Source of the DNA: Eledone cirrhosa
Lineage: Eukaryota
Length of the DNA: 64,000 nt
Reading direction: 5' to 3'
Assembly: GCA_964016885.1 (NCBI GenBank)
Contig: OZ024740.1
Span: 222,022,001-222,086,000 of the forward strand
Made by a program: the position numbers and the translations under genes
Notes under the pieces: generated by a model
Seen by the model: only the letters and a program-made list of their open reading frames with translations
The model's database searches: none
What the model was told of the DNA's origin: nothing
Shown: positions 12,101-23,900 of the stretch, piece after piece
Layout: each line of letters begins with the position of its first letter
Numbering within the stretch: the first letter of the stretch is position 1

Positions 12101-13620
12101 CTGAACCGGGACAAGTCGATCGGTTTGCAACTCGCCATGTGGAGGGGCAAATCGATGCCCTCCGATGGCGTCGTCGGGCGCTGGACGAAGGGCCCGGTGA
12201 AGTTGCTCGGGGTCTGGTTCGGACCAGACCTACAGGAGGAGAAGGACCGGGTGAGGTAACGAACAGGTTGTTTGCACTGACCCAGAAGTGGGCCGAGTGC
12301 AAACTGTCCCTGAAAGGTCGGGCGGAGGTGACGACACTATATAGCGTCCGTCATCTACTACCGCCTGACCGTTGTGCTTTGCCCAAGGGAAACGCTCGCC
12401 AAAATGGAGCGCGCACTCTTCCAATTCCTTTGGAAGAAGCGGGCTCCTATGGTGAGGAGATCCATCTGCTGTCAACACCCTTCGAAAGGAGGGCTGGAGA
12501 TGCCGTGGCTGATAATGCGTAAACACGCATTAAGGCTACGGCACCTCCAGGTATTCCTCACCGGTCAACAGGTGTGGGCCCCGATTGTGAAGCGAGCCTT
12601 TCCCAGACTCGTCTCGCTCACCGAGCTGCAATCCTGGGTCAAGCAAAGACCGAAAAAACTGGGCGCCTGGCACACCGAGTGTGCCCAGGCGCTCACGGCT
12701 CTCTGGCAGACCTCGTCATTCTATAGAGGGCTGGTGATTAACAGGTGCGACGACGCCCTCGGAGGCATGGAGGAAAACGCCCTAGGTATGGAGGAAAACG
12801 AACTGGCCAACCTGTTCGGTAGGACATTCAGCCCGGGACCTATGGATAACTTCCAGAGGTCCCTGGCCTGGCAGTGCTACAGAGGGGCTCTGCCCGTTCG
12901 AGAAAGGCTCTACAGACATGGGTGCCCGGGTAGGGACCCCTCGAAACAGATATGTCCCAGATGCGTGGGCGACGAGGAAACCGTTGCACACGCATTTGTA
13001 GACTGCTCGGGCATTGCCGATCTGTGCGGCTATGTCGAACGACTGCTATCACGGGTGGGACCAATCCGGTTGACCACCGAGTCTATTGTAACGATCAAGC
13101 CGCCTCCCCTCTTCAAAAACGAAGGAGAGGCGGTGTTTCTGTGCGTAATAGCCATGGTGAAAGAGGTTGTATGGTGGACGCGTCTGAAAGGACTGAGGTC
13201 AGACACCTTTATCTCTGGCCAACAACTGGTCCGTTTCTTCCGATATCATTTCGGAAGAAGGATCAGGATGGAGAGAGAGGTGCTGCATGAAAGATGGGTG
13301 GAAGTGGCGAGAATGGCCCCTGTGAATGGGCCTTCACTCTACATCAGACTTTAGACGAGGAAGATGAAAAATCAAGGGAGCACCCTCTCTCTGTGCTCCT
13401 GAGGAGAAGGGTTGCACACTTTTTTCGGGCGTGTGTGCGACACCCCAAGGCGCCTCCTCCCTATTGAGGATTTTGTTATTCAATTTATTTTTGTTATATT
13501 TTATATTTTTGTATTTTGTTATTGCCTCCTCCTTATTGAGGACGCCTTCTTATGTAAACTCCCCCCCCATTGTACTTGTCCCACTCTTTGATGCCCTGGT
13601 GGCAAATAAAAAGAAAGTTA
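9126..13620 (+). mobile_element. Tx1-clade LINE copy 1 (5'-truncated, internally deleted, pseudogenised)
   Basis: ORF1 with CCHC knuckle CSLCGARGHLRDVC; jump at ~10325 into APE (RLETFLGTSRSLLLVGDWNGILD; SYLDRF; YSDYK; YWKLN); RT (KSPGLDGL, NFRPITLLN, LDQSNAFDRVDH, YADD); GGL; CPRC..DEETVAHAFVDC; ends AATAAA-AAGAAAG then (CTAT)n. Confidence 0.92.
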
Positions 13621-13639
13621 GCTATCTATCTATCTGTCT

Positions 13640-13830
13640 ACTCCTAGAGATGAGGGTTGCACATTTTTTCGGGGGTATGTGTTACCCATATGAAATGTCT
13701 CCTCCTATTGGGGAAAATCGATTAACTTTTAAATTGCATTTGTGATAGTATTTTACACGTTTTTATTGTATGTAAATTTCCCCTTTGTATCTGTCCCCTT
13801 CTTTTGTTCCCCTGTGGCTAATAAAGAAAC
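13640..13830 (+). mobile_element. Second, 3'UTR-only Tx1 fragment in tandem
   Basis: CTCC..GAG..GAGGGTTGCACA.TTTTTCGGG...TGTAAA...TGTCCC...CCTGTGGCTAATAAAGAAA repeats the 3'UTR at 13395-13616 in diverged form and is followed by TATCTATC. Confidence 0.8.
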
Positions 13831-13867
13831 ATATCTATCTATATATATCTTTTTTTCTTCTCTCTCA

Positions 13868-13974
<107 letters not shown>

Positions 13975-14017
13975 TATATAATAATGTATAATGTATATAT
14001 AATGTATATATTTATGT

Positions 14018-14093
<76 letters not shown>

Positions 14094-14166
14094 GAGTAAC
14101 TCTGCGTGTGTGAGTATGGATGACTACACCTATATATGTCTTTATGTATGCATTTATTTATGTATT

Positions 14167-14244
<78 letters not shown>

Positions 14245-15164
14245 TGTGTGTGTGTCTGTGTGTGCCATTGTGTGCGTATACAATCTCCTGCCTTATCTAT
14301 ACACTTTAACCTTGACATAGCTCAAAAGTCAATTTAATATTTCTCCATTCTTTTACACTAAATTAATGTATTTCATCACATTAATTTATTGATGTTTTTC
14401 TGACATTAATTTCATAACATCCGATTAATAACTTTTATGACTTTGATGATCAAGTTTTATGTTTTCTCATTAAACCTGAGCCTTTTAACATCACACATAT
14501 ATCCAACCCTTGATTTAACTTTATACCAAGTATTCAAAATTTAACCGCATAATTTTACCTACAGACGTCTCAAAGATTTTCATTTGAAAATATTTACATT
14601 AGTTACACAATCAAGTCTTATTTAATGAAATATATTTACTTGATAATACAATTGTTGTTTGAAATCCGCCACTATGCCGGTGAAGTATAACTAATAGCTG
14701 AATAAATCGGGTAAAGTACCTTTGGAATCAATCAGTCTTGTTCCCTTTTTTCCTTCTCCAGGAATTACTTTACATATGTTCGATTCCTGGATTGTACAGA
14801 AGTGCAAAACACTTCATTCATGTTGCCTCAATATATTCAGAATAAAATCAGTACTTTCAGTAGCTGGGAGGTAACCCATTGATATACAGGTATACTGTTT
14901 AGGAGAAAATCTTGTACCCTTAGTCATTTAACTCCGAGGAAACCTGGATAAGCACCGGCCTGATGAGTTTAGGAGAGAATTTAAATTTTCATATACATGT
15001 GTGTATGTATGTGTGATTGTCTTTATGCCTCTATGTTTCTATGTGTGTGTGCGTGTGCGTGTTTGTGTCTATGTATGTATGTGTTTAAGTGTGTATAGTT
15101 TCACTGCAAAATAATTATTCTAGCTATTTAAGAACGAAGAGATATTAAGCTCAACGCTATATTC

Positions 15165-15355
15165 TAATAATTGTTCCTACATTAGGAACAAGGCCAGCAA
15201 TTACCCAGTACATTACTGGTACTTTTATTTTATCTACCCCGTAAGGATGAAAGGCAAAGTTAACCTTGGCGGGATTTGAACTCAGACCGTAAAGGGGCGT
15301 AACTATGCTAGAAAGCATGGTGTCCAATCCTCTAACGATACTGCCAATTCACGAC
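15165..15355 (-). mobile_element. Meta-core tRNA SINE copy
   Basis: Reverse complement matches 2821-3015 along its length. Confidence 0.85.
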
Positions 15356-15923
15356 ACTATATTCTAATAATGCCCTATTGAGTGTCAAAATGTTTCCTCT
15401 TATTTCTGCGGCTTGCTTACTTATCGAATTCCACAGAATCTGATATTGTCGAGTTTTTATGAGCCTCAGGATTTCCTTTCTTTCCTATTCTTTTATCTTT
15501 TCCTCACTTTCTTCAGCTACAAGATTTACGCTATCAAACATTATATTATCGCTAAATGTTATAGCCTTAGCTCCTTCAATATTTTCTGTAGCCTCTATAT
15601 TCCGAAATTTAGTAGGAAAATGAAATCACATTCCACCTGAATATATGGGGGAAAATATTACATGGAAATAATTCTAAAAAGAGCATTCATGTACTGCAGA
15701 TGGAATATGTCCTCTATATAATGACTTACGTTGGAATATAAAAAGTTTGAGAAATTAATAAAATAACTATAGTCAGTTAGTGGTACAATAATACATATTC
15801 CGATAGTCTAATATTTGTAGATACCATACACAATAGTGAAATAGGTAATAGAAGAAAATCCTTCAAAAGCTAACCTTGATGTTACTGTCATGCAAATCAC
15901 CCCATGGGGCATATCACGTCGGT

Positions 15924-15988
15924 ACACCATTCTAGTATTCGGGATATTAGTACACCATTCTAGTATTCGGGATATTCTAGTATTCGGG
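15924..15988. repeat. Short tandem duplication (~28 bp, about 2.5 copies)
   Basis: TACACCATTCTAGTATTCGGGATATT repeated. Confidence 0.8.
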
Positions 15989-18542
15989 AAGACTAGGGAG
16001 GCCCATACATAGTCACATGTTTAGATATCTCTGATACGTCGGAATTAAAGCACCATTGCTCTCTAGGTTAGTAGGCATAAGTCTACGGATTCTTCGGCTG
16101 CTCAACTGAGACTTTAGCTCCGTGGGTGAAGTAAATGTTTCGATGAGATGTATGTTATTGTACAATAGTAAGATATGAGATGAGAATTGTTGATAAAGCA
16201 CACGTCAACTGTCCAAGATATTCAATTATAAAACGTGAAAAAGTGAAATAAATGATTAGGCGGTGCAGCCGACGAGACATTTGTTGTTTAAGTATTGCCG
16301 CGAATCTTTCAGCTGATCCTTGTGAATAGTACAAGTTGAAATCAGTGCACTAAAGCGTGTTTGTCCTGATTATATATACCCGAGAAGCACCGATTTCGAT
16401 CTAGGAAACACACCATAGAAGTTTATGTAGATTTCATCAGTGCATGGTGTCAGGAGAATACTTACCATTGTCATATCATTCTCTATGTATATACACTGCA
16501 TCGCGTCTTATTATTCAAATTATTGAAGATGGTTTGCGTTCAATGTTTTGGGCGTATTTATGTCATTGTTGGTAACACCCGACGCCGAAAGAAAATATAT
16601 TAAATATTCATGCTACTGTCGTTGTTGTCATATTTAGTACTGATTAACGTATTGCAAGAAGAGAATATAAAACTCTCCAGCAATAAAACATGCATTTACT
16701 GAAATACTTCAAGTTTAGCCCATTGAATTTCTTAATTCCTACCCTTAGCACTGAGTAATATTACAGACTCAGTTTGATGTAAGGAATAATTATAGTTCAC
16801 CAATAATCTACTTCACATAATTATAAACTTGCCGATGCAGGGCTTAAATTGATACCTCCTAGTGTATCTTCTACTCTTAAATGTTGTCATATGATTTATC
16901 CTTTATTCAGCAATTCAATAAAAGTTTCATAACATATTATTATCAGCCATATTTCATACGATATTAATCACGGTTGACTGAAAATATCTAATAGATTGGT
17001 GAATGGCTACTGATAATTTCATACTTTTAGAACAGTTTCTCTTCTCATGCTAATTCGTTTCTGTACCTATTCGACTATAAGTTAATGTTCATAATGATAG
17101 TGTATGTGTGCATGTATATGTATACGCACACACATACACGCGCGTACACACACAGGCACGCGTACACACACACATGTACATATATTCATATATAAACATA
17201 TATGTATATATATATACATACATATATGTGTAGATGAACACACATGTGCATCAGTATATTTATATATATATGCACGAATATATATATATATATACACTCA
17301 CACACACACATATATATATATGCATATATATATATATATATACTACGTACCGCCGTGTTCCATTCAGTTCATTATAAAAATAATTATTAATCCGACATGA
17401 TAGTGGAAGAGGAAGATGTTTCTCTATTTTGAATATGCTCTATATTTCATTGCAAGTGCTACGTGTAACTAGAAGAATTAAAAGTACATTTATTTAATGG
17501 CTTAAATTCGTAATTTCTAGTTGAAGTACATATTAACTTGTATTGATACATTTTATCCATTGTAGTGCGATTTTGAGTATAACATAGGGATAAAATTATA
17601 CGGAAAATGAAATTACTTCCCAGACAAAAGAAATTCTATTCATTTCATTGCATATTCCACTGGTACTAAATTTAATATCCTTTAGATATATTTTCGAAGT
17701 GAGAAACGTATGAACTATATAAAAGGGGCTATGTTCGAGTGGAATAAGTACCGGTTTTTGTATTCGTATAAAGGCAAAACAACGGAGTAGATTGGCTGTC
17801 GTATCCCTGGAGTCGATTTACTCGGCAAATAATTCATTCTGCTTTCAGGAAAGACAGTAAACTCTACATGCAACAGCTATTTATTCGTATATGAATTTCC
17901 ATTGGAAAACCTCTTATATGAATCATTTGTATTGTTTTGCTTACCCCATAACCTCTATTCTAGGAGTGCGAAATTAGCCGAATCATATAAAAGGTAAAAG
18001 GTAGAACGATACGGATTTGAAACGACATATTAAAGTTTACTCACTTTAATCTTTCAGTAAAATACAAACATTTGCCGAGACCAAAAAGGCTGAATAAATC
18101 ATGTACAAAAAAATGTTTCTGTCATTATAGATATATAAAGCAGATGTGTATAAGGCAGATGTATAGAACACAGAGAATAAATCCTCTCACAGGTAGCAAA
18201 TAACATATCTGTTGCTTGCCGGGTGATTTCACTGCTTAATATACCAAACGGCTCTGTAAAACGTTATAAAATCAACGCGTGTAAAAGCATTTGTGAATAA
18301 GTTAACAGAATAATCTAACCTTACATCACATGTATTCAAGTGCCATTACAAAGCTCCCCCACTACGGTCTAACATGGTCTGGTATGACACTGAAATTCTT
18401 CTACGTTTATACATGAAAGTAAACCCAGGAATATGAATAACGATTACCTACTTAAATTTTATATATATATGTATATATATGATGGATGAAACTCGATTTC
18501 GAGCATGAGCATCTCGATGTGGTTCTTGAGTCCTGCCAGGGA

Positions 18543-18612
18543 CTTTCCCATGGCCTTTCCTATGGCAAGTAACTTTCCCATGGCAAGGGACTTTCCCATG
18601 GCAAGTAATGGC
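18543..18612. repeat. ~18-bp tandem repeat
   Basis: CTTTCCCATGGCAAG(TAA/GGA), about 4 copies. Confidence 0.8.
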
Positions 18613-19027
18613 ATGCATTGCACAAAATGTCACAAATCAAGGTATATCGGTGCTTGAAGCTTTTTTAAGTAAGGAAAGGCCAATCCCACTCCCTGAACAT
18701 CGAATGGATTCACCCCAAAAGTAGAAGTGATCTACATCATTGGATGCAAATGAAGTCTCAGGTTTTATATCAGAGTGACCTTCTAGAGAGATGTATTAAT
18801 GAAAACTATGAGTTTCTACAAAAGAAAAAAATGATACTTTATTAGAGGGCCGTTGACTCTCCTGGGTTCCTCGACCCTTTGATGGGTTTTGCTTTTCACC
18901 AACTGGGTGTTCAAACTCGCCATCCTCACAAAGGAAATTTGGTGGGTTACGGGTTTAGTCGCCGACGACCCAACCATGTACCGGTTGTGCTGGGCTTCAT
19001 GTTACAAGTAGCGCTGAAAAGCGATCT

Positions 19028-19060
<33 letters not shown>

Positions 19061-19782
19061 CCCCCCCCCCACACACACACACTCACAGACACACACACAC
19101 ACACACAATTAAAGTTTTCCTTCCGACATAGTTGTATACATATAAATATGTGAATTTGGTATATCTAATAACAGAGTAGGGGAAGCATGGTCCTGATGAC
19201 GGCCAGGGCCAAAATACGTTGGCAGTTGTCCCCCACTATTTCTGCTGGAATCCGGTAGACGGCAGCGCTAGCCATTAGCTTTTCAATATTCATAGCTAAA
19301 AGGCTTTGCAAATATTTATTCGTAAACATACAATATATCATTAGATATACAAAATTCACATAGTTATATATCACTCTTTCTGCGAACTTTTCAATGACTA
19401 TCTGTTTTGTCCCCCCCCCCCCCCCCTTTTCCTGGTCCTAAAAGTCCACTCCATCAAATAGTTGTTTTGTGGTACATTTGTTTTTGTGTTTCGTGTCTCC
19501 GCCTGCGTCTCTGTGTGTATATGTGTTTTAGTGTTTGTCATGGCTATGTGTGTTTTATGTATTTGAGAGTTTGTATCATTTGCTGTTTTGCTGTTTGAAA
19601 CTTTTTTCTCTATTCTGACTTCAGTCATTAAGATGCGGGCTGTTAGTATTCCACTCCTGCTTTCTCTTCTGGCTAGGACTAACTTCTATTATGTGTGTGA
19701 CCTCCGTAATTTGTCAGAGCTTTGTGTCAGTTCTGTGTGTGGATAGGATTTTATTTTTATGTTATCTATTGAGGCCTCGTGT

Positions 19783-19822
19783 TCTAGTTTGGCATGTTGG
19801 TATAGCAACATGCCAAACTAGA
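19783..19822. repeat. Perfect 17-bp hairpin
   Basis: TCTAGTTTGGCATGTTG-GTATAG-CAACATGCCAAACTAGA. Confidence 0.95.
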
Positions 19823-20468
19823 CCGTCCAGGTTTTGACGAGTCTTGAAGACTAAATTAACCGAACAGGCAAACTTGCACTTAACATAAGTCCCATGAGAA
19901 ATCAATGTGACACAATGTGTTACAATGTTGCATCATTTAACAAAAAGGTGCAATCCATTCGGTAGGATTCCCATGTACCGAGTTTTAAGGCCAGGTTTGG
20001 CCAATCCCGAACCCGAAGCTATGATAAAAGACACTTGCCTAAGAAATATATTAATGTATTAAGTAACCACTGGCCGTTTATCCAATTTAATGTCTTAATC
20101 TCTGTGTTTATGAGCGAGTTGCATAGCTTTGGTGTATGTATATCTCTGAATGTAAAAGAAATGTGAAACAGGTAAGCTAGAACTTGCCATTACCGTCCAT
20201 CTTTTCATTGCTAATGTCGCCCATACTAGATTCTGTATGAAATGTTAAGTCTTCAAATCTAACCGTGGCCTCTCAAGAGCTTGAGGTCATTAAGTTCATT
20301 GACTAAAGCAAATATAACTCATTATAATCCTATGCTTCCTACTGAAAAGTTGATGGATTCGGTATTAATCTCACGCAGAATGATGAAAATGGAATATAAT
20401 CCATTGTGTAACTTATGTATTCATTATTATGTAACACTGGAGGCATTCTGGCGCACACACACGCGCAC

Positions 20469-20519
<51 letters not shown>

Positions 20520-20533
20520 CACACATATATATG

Positions 20534-20667
<134 letters not shown>

Positions 20668-20693
20668 TATATATATGTGCGTGTGTGTGCGTG

Positions 20694-20736
<43 letters not shown>

Positions 20737-20737
<1 letters not shown>

Positions 20738-20920
20738 ATTGTTTCTAATTATGGCACAAGGACAGCAATAACCCAGTGCATTACTGGTACTTTATTTTAT
20801 CGACCCCGTAAGGATGAAAGGCAAAGTTAACCTCGGCGGCATTTGAACTCAGTCCGTAAAGGGACGTAACTGTGCTGCAAAGCATGGCATCCGACACCCT
20901 AGCGATACTGACAATTCCCA
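20737..20920 (-). mobile_element. Meta-core tRNA SINE copy
   Basis: Reverse complement matches 2821-3015. Confidence 0.85.
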
Positions 20921-20924
20921 ACCT

Positions 20925-20990
<66 letters not shown>

Positions 20991-20992
<2 letters not shown>

Positions 20993-23900
20993 TTTTCTTT
21001 ATTAACCACAAGGGTTTACATAAAGTAGACATTAAGGACAGTACAGGACAATACAGGACGGTACAAATGGGCATTTCTGCGTGTAAAAAAAAGCAGAGGA
21101 TGTAATAAAATAACAAAGAAAAAATTCCCCAATAGTGGGGAGACTTCCGAGGGACATTTGTGGAGAAAGCCCATTAAAAGACCACAGTGACCCTGACCAC
21201 CAGGGCAAGTGCCCTCTCCCAGTTTTCCACCTTTAATTTACAGACACATACTCAGAGAAGGCCCATTCATTCGGGCCATACTTGCCTCTCTCACCCATCT
21301 TTCAACAAAATGCTGGGAAGAGAGGACTCCCCACTCTACCCTGATTTTCCTTTTCAAATGAAATTTGAAAAAGTTAATCAGGGCATCACCGAAAAGGTAA
21401 GTGCTCGTCTTCAGCCCTTTCAAACGTGTCCACCATACTATCTCTTTCGCCATGGCCACCAGACAGATAAAAACTGCCTGCCCTTCCCGGCTAAAGGAAG
21501 AGGGCGGGGCAATCCTCACGATGGACTCAGCTGATAGCTGGATCCGTCCTACACGTGACAGCAGGTGTTCGACATAAACCCACAAGTCAGCAATGCTCGG
21601 ACACTGGACGAGTGCGTGCAGGACGGTTTCGTCGCCCTGTGCGCATCTCGGACATGCCCGGTTGACGGCACCTCCGTGCCTGTAGAGTTTATCCCGAACT
21701 GGCAAAGCTCCGCGGTAGCACTGCCAGGCCAGGGATTTCTGGAAGTTGTCCATAGGCCCCGGCCTGAAAGTCCTTCCGAAGAGATTGCCTAGTTGATTTT
21801 CGTCGACGCCTAGAGTTTCTCCAAGTACGTCGTCGCTCTTCCCCTCCACTAATCCCCAATAGAACGCCAAGGTGGAGTTTCCCCCGATCACATTGCGCGA
21901 TTGATCGAGGGCTGTGAGCACCTGAAGACATTCTAGTCTCCAAGCGCTCCCTCTCGGTCTTCGCTTGACCCAGGACTGCAGCTCCGTCAAGGGGACGAGC
22001 TGGGGAAAAACGTGTCTAGCAAACGGCGACCACACCTGATCACCGTCGAGGAAGAGGTGGAGATGTCGTAGCCTGAGCGCGTGTCTGCGCATCATCAGCC
22101 ACGGAATGCCCAGCCCTCCACATAGCGGGTGTTGACAGCAGATGGAACGCCTGAACATCGGAGCGCGTCCCTTCCACAAAAAGCGAAAGAGCAAACGCTC
22201 CAGCGCAGTCAGGCGGGGCGTAGGACAAGGTACGACGGTCAGGCGGTAGTACATGACGGACGCGATGTACGCGTTAGCCACCTCCGCTCGACCTTTCACC
22301 TCTCGGCCCATTTCTGGGTGAGAGAAGCCACCCTGCTCGTCACCTCGTCCCAGTTTTTTGTCCGTCTGGAGGTCTGGACCGAACCAGACCCCTAGCAATT
22401 TAACCGGTCCGTCCGTCCAGCGCCCGACGACGCTGTTGGAGGGCATGGACCTTCCTCTCCAGGTGCCGAGCTGCAGGCCCACTGACTTTTACTGGTTGAT
22501 CATTGCTCCTGTCACCGCTTCGTATTCTCTTAGTGTAGTGCCGATCGCCTCGATGTGTTTGGCGTTCGATACCACAACGGTGACATCGTCCGCATATGCT
22601 GACACGGATCTTCCGCATCCTAGTTCGCGCGGGACCCCCCTCAACGTCTCCAGTTTGTGCAGTAATGGCTCGAGAGTCAATACGTACAATACGGACGAGA
22701 GGGGACATCCTTGGCGGACCGAGCGCATGATGTTGAACGGTTCCGAAAGGTGACCGTTTACTCTCACTACAGAGCAGATGTCGCTGTGCATGGCAGCGAT
22801 CCAGCCTCTGAAGACGGGCCCAAAGCCTGCCGCCCTCAGGACTGCCGCTAGGTAACGATGGTCGACCCTATCGAAGGCTTTCGACTGATCTAAATTGATC
22901 AAAGACCCACCCGTGCCAGGTACCCTAGCTACCCTCTCTACGATGTTTTGCATGAGGTGGAGGTTTTCGTGGATGGATCTGTCTGGAATGGCGCATGTCT
23001 GTGCCTCTCCCACCAGACCACCAACGACAAGCGCCAACCTCTTTTCTAGCACCTTGGCCAAAATCTTGAACTCTGTGTTTAGCAGAGTTATGGGCCTAAA
23101 ATTATCTATGTTATCCCCGTTGTTCGGATCCTTTCTCAGCAGTGCCACCGTTCCTCGGCTCACAGAGCTGGGAATTTCCCGTTCTGTTGCCAGTTGCAGT
23201 AGACGTCCGCCAAGAGGCCTCCGAACAAGTCTGGCATCTGTACGTAAAGTTCATAGGGCAGACCATCCAAACCAGGCGATTTACACCTTGTGCAGCCAGT
23301 CATTGCCTCCCGTACTTCAGCGGCTGTTATCGGCTTTTCGCAACACTCCGCCTCAGTGGCCGAGAGTCACGACAGTCCGTCGAGGTAGACACTAAAGTCC
23401 ATCCCTCGACCCGGCCCACCGCTGCCCCCGAACAGCTCAGCGAAGTGTCGCTGAAAAGCTACATAAATTTGCCCGGGATCGAGTAGCATGCGCCCATCGT
23501 GGTCCACCAAAGACCGGATCGTGGCTTTGTTGCCACGACGCGCCTCCGCCACTCGGGCCCATTGAACGGCTTTCGTCCCCTCGTGTCTGAGAGCACGCAC
23601 CCTAGCTCTGACAACGCAGCCTTCGTGCTTTGCATTGAAGAATTGGTCAAGGGCCAATTTCGCCGCAAGCACGTCGGTCGCGATACCTTTGCTAAGCGCC
23701 TCGTCTTATTTTCTAACTAGTTCTCCCTCTGCTCTATTTTTCTCTATTGCTAAAGCCTTACTAAACCTAATGGATTCTATTCTAATCGCTCTTTTCAGAG
23801 CAAACCACCACTTGTTGTTGACGATGGCCCCCGTCAAAGCCCGCTTAACTAGTTCGCTAATCAGGTCTCTGTAGGCCTTGCGCGCTGGTAAGGACGCGTT

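Noticed and set aside
18841-19030. HDV-like ribozyme suggested by GGG-TTCCTCGA-CCC in a GC-richer island
   Set aside because: P1 lacks the 5' G, and P2 and J4/2 could not be assigned convincingly; probably a retroelement UTR fragment.
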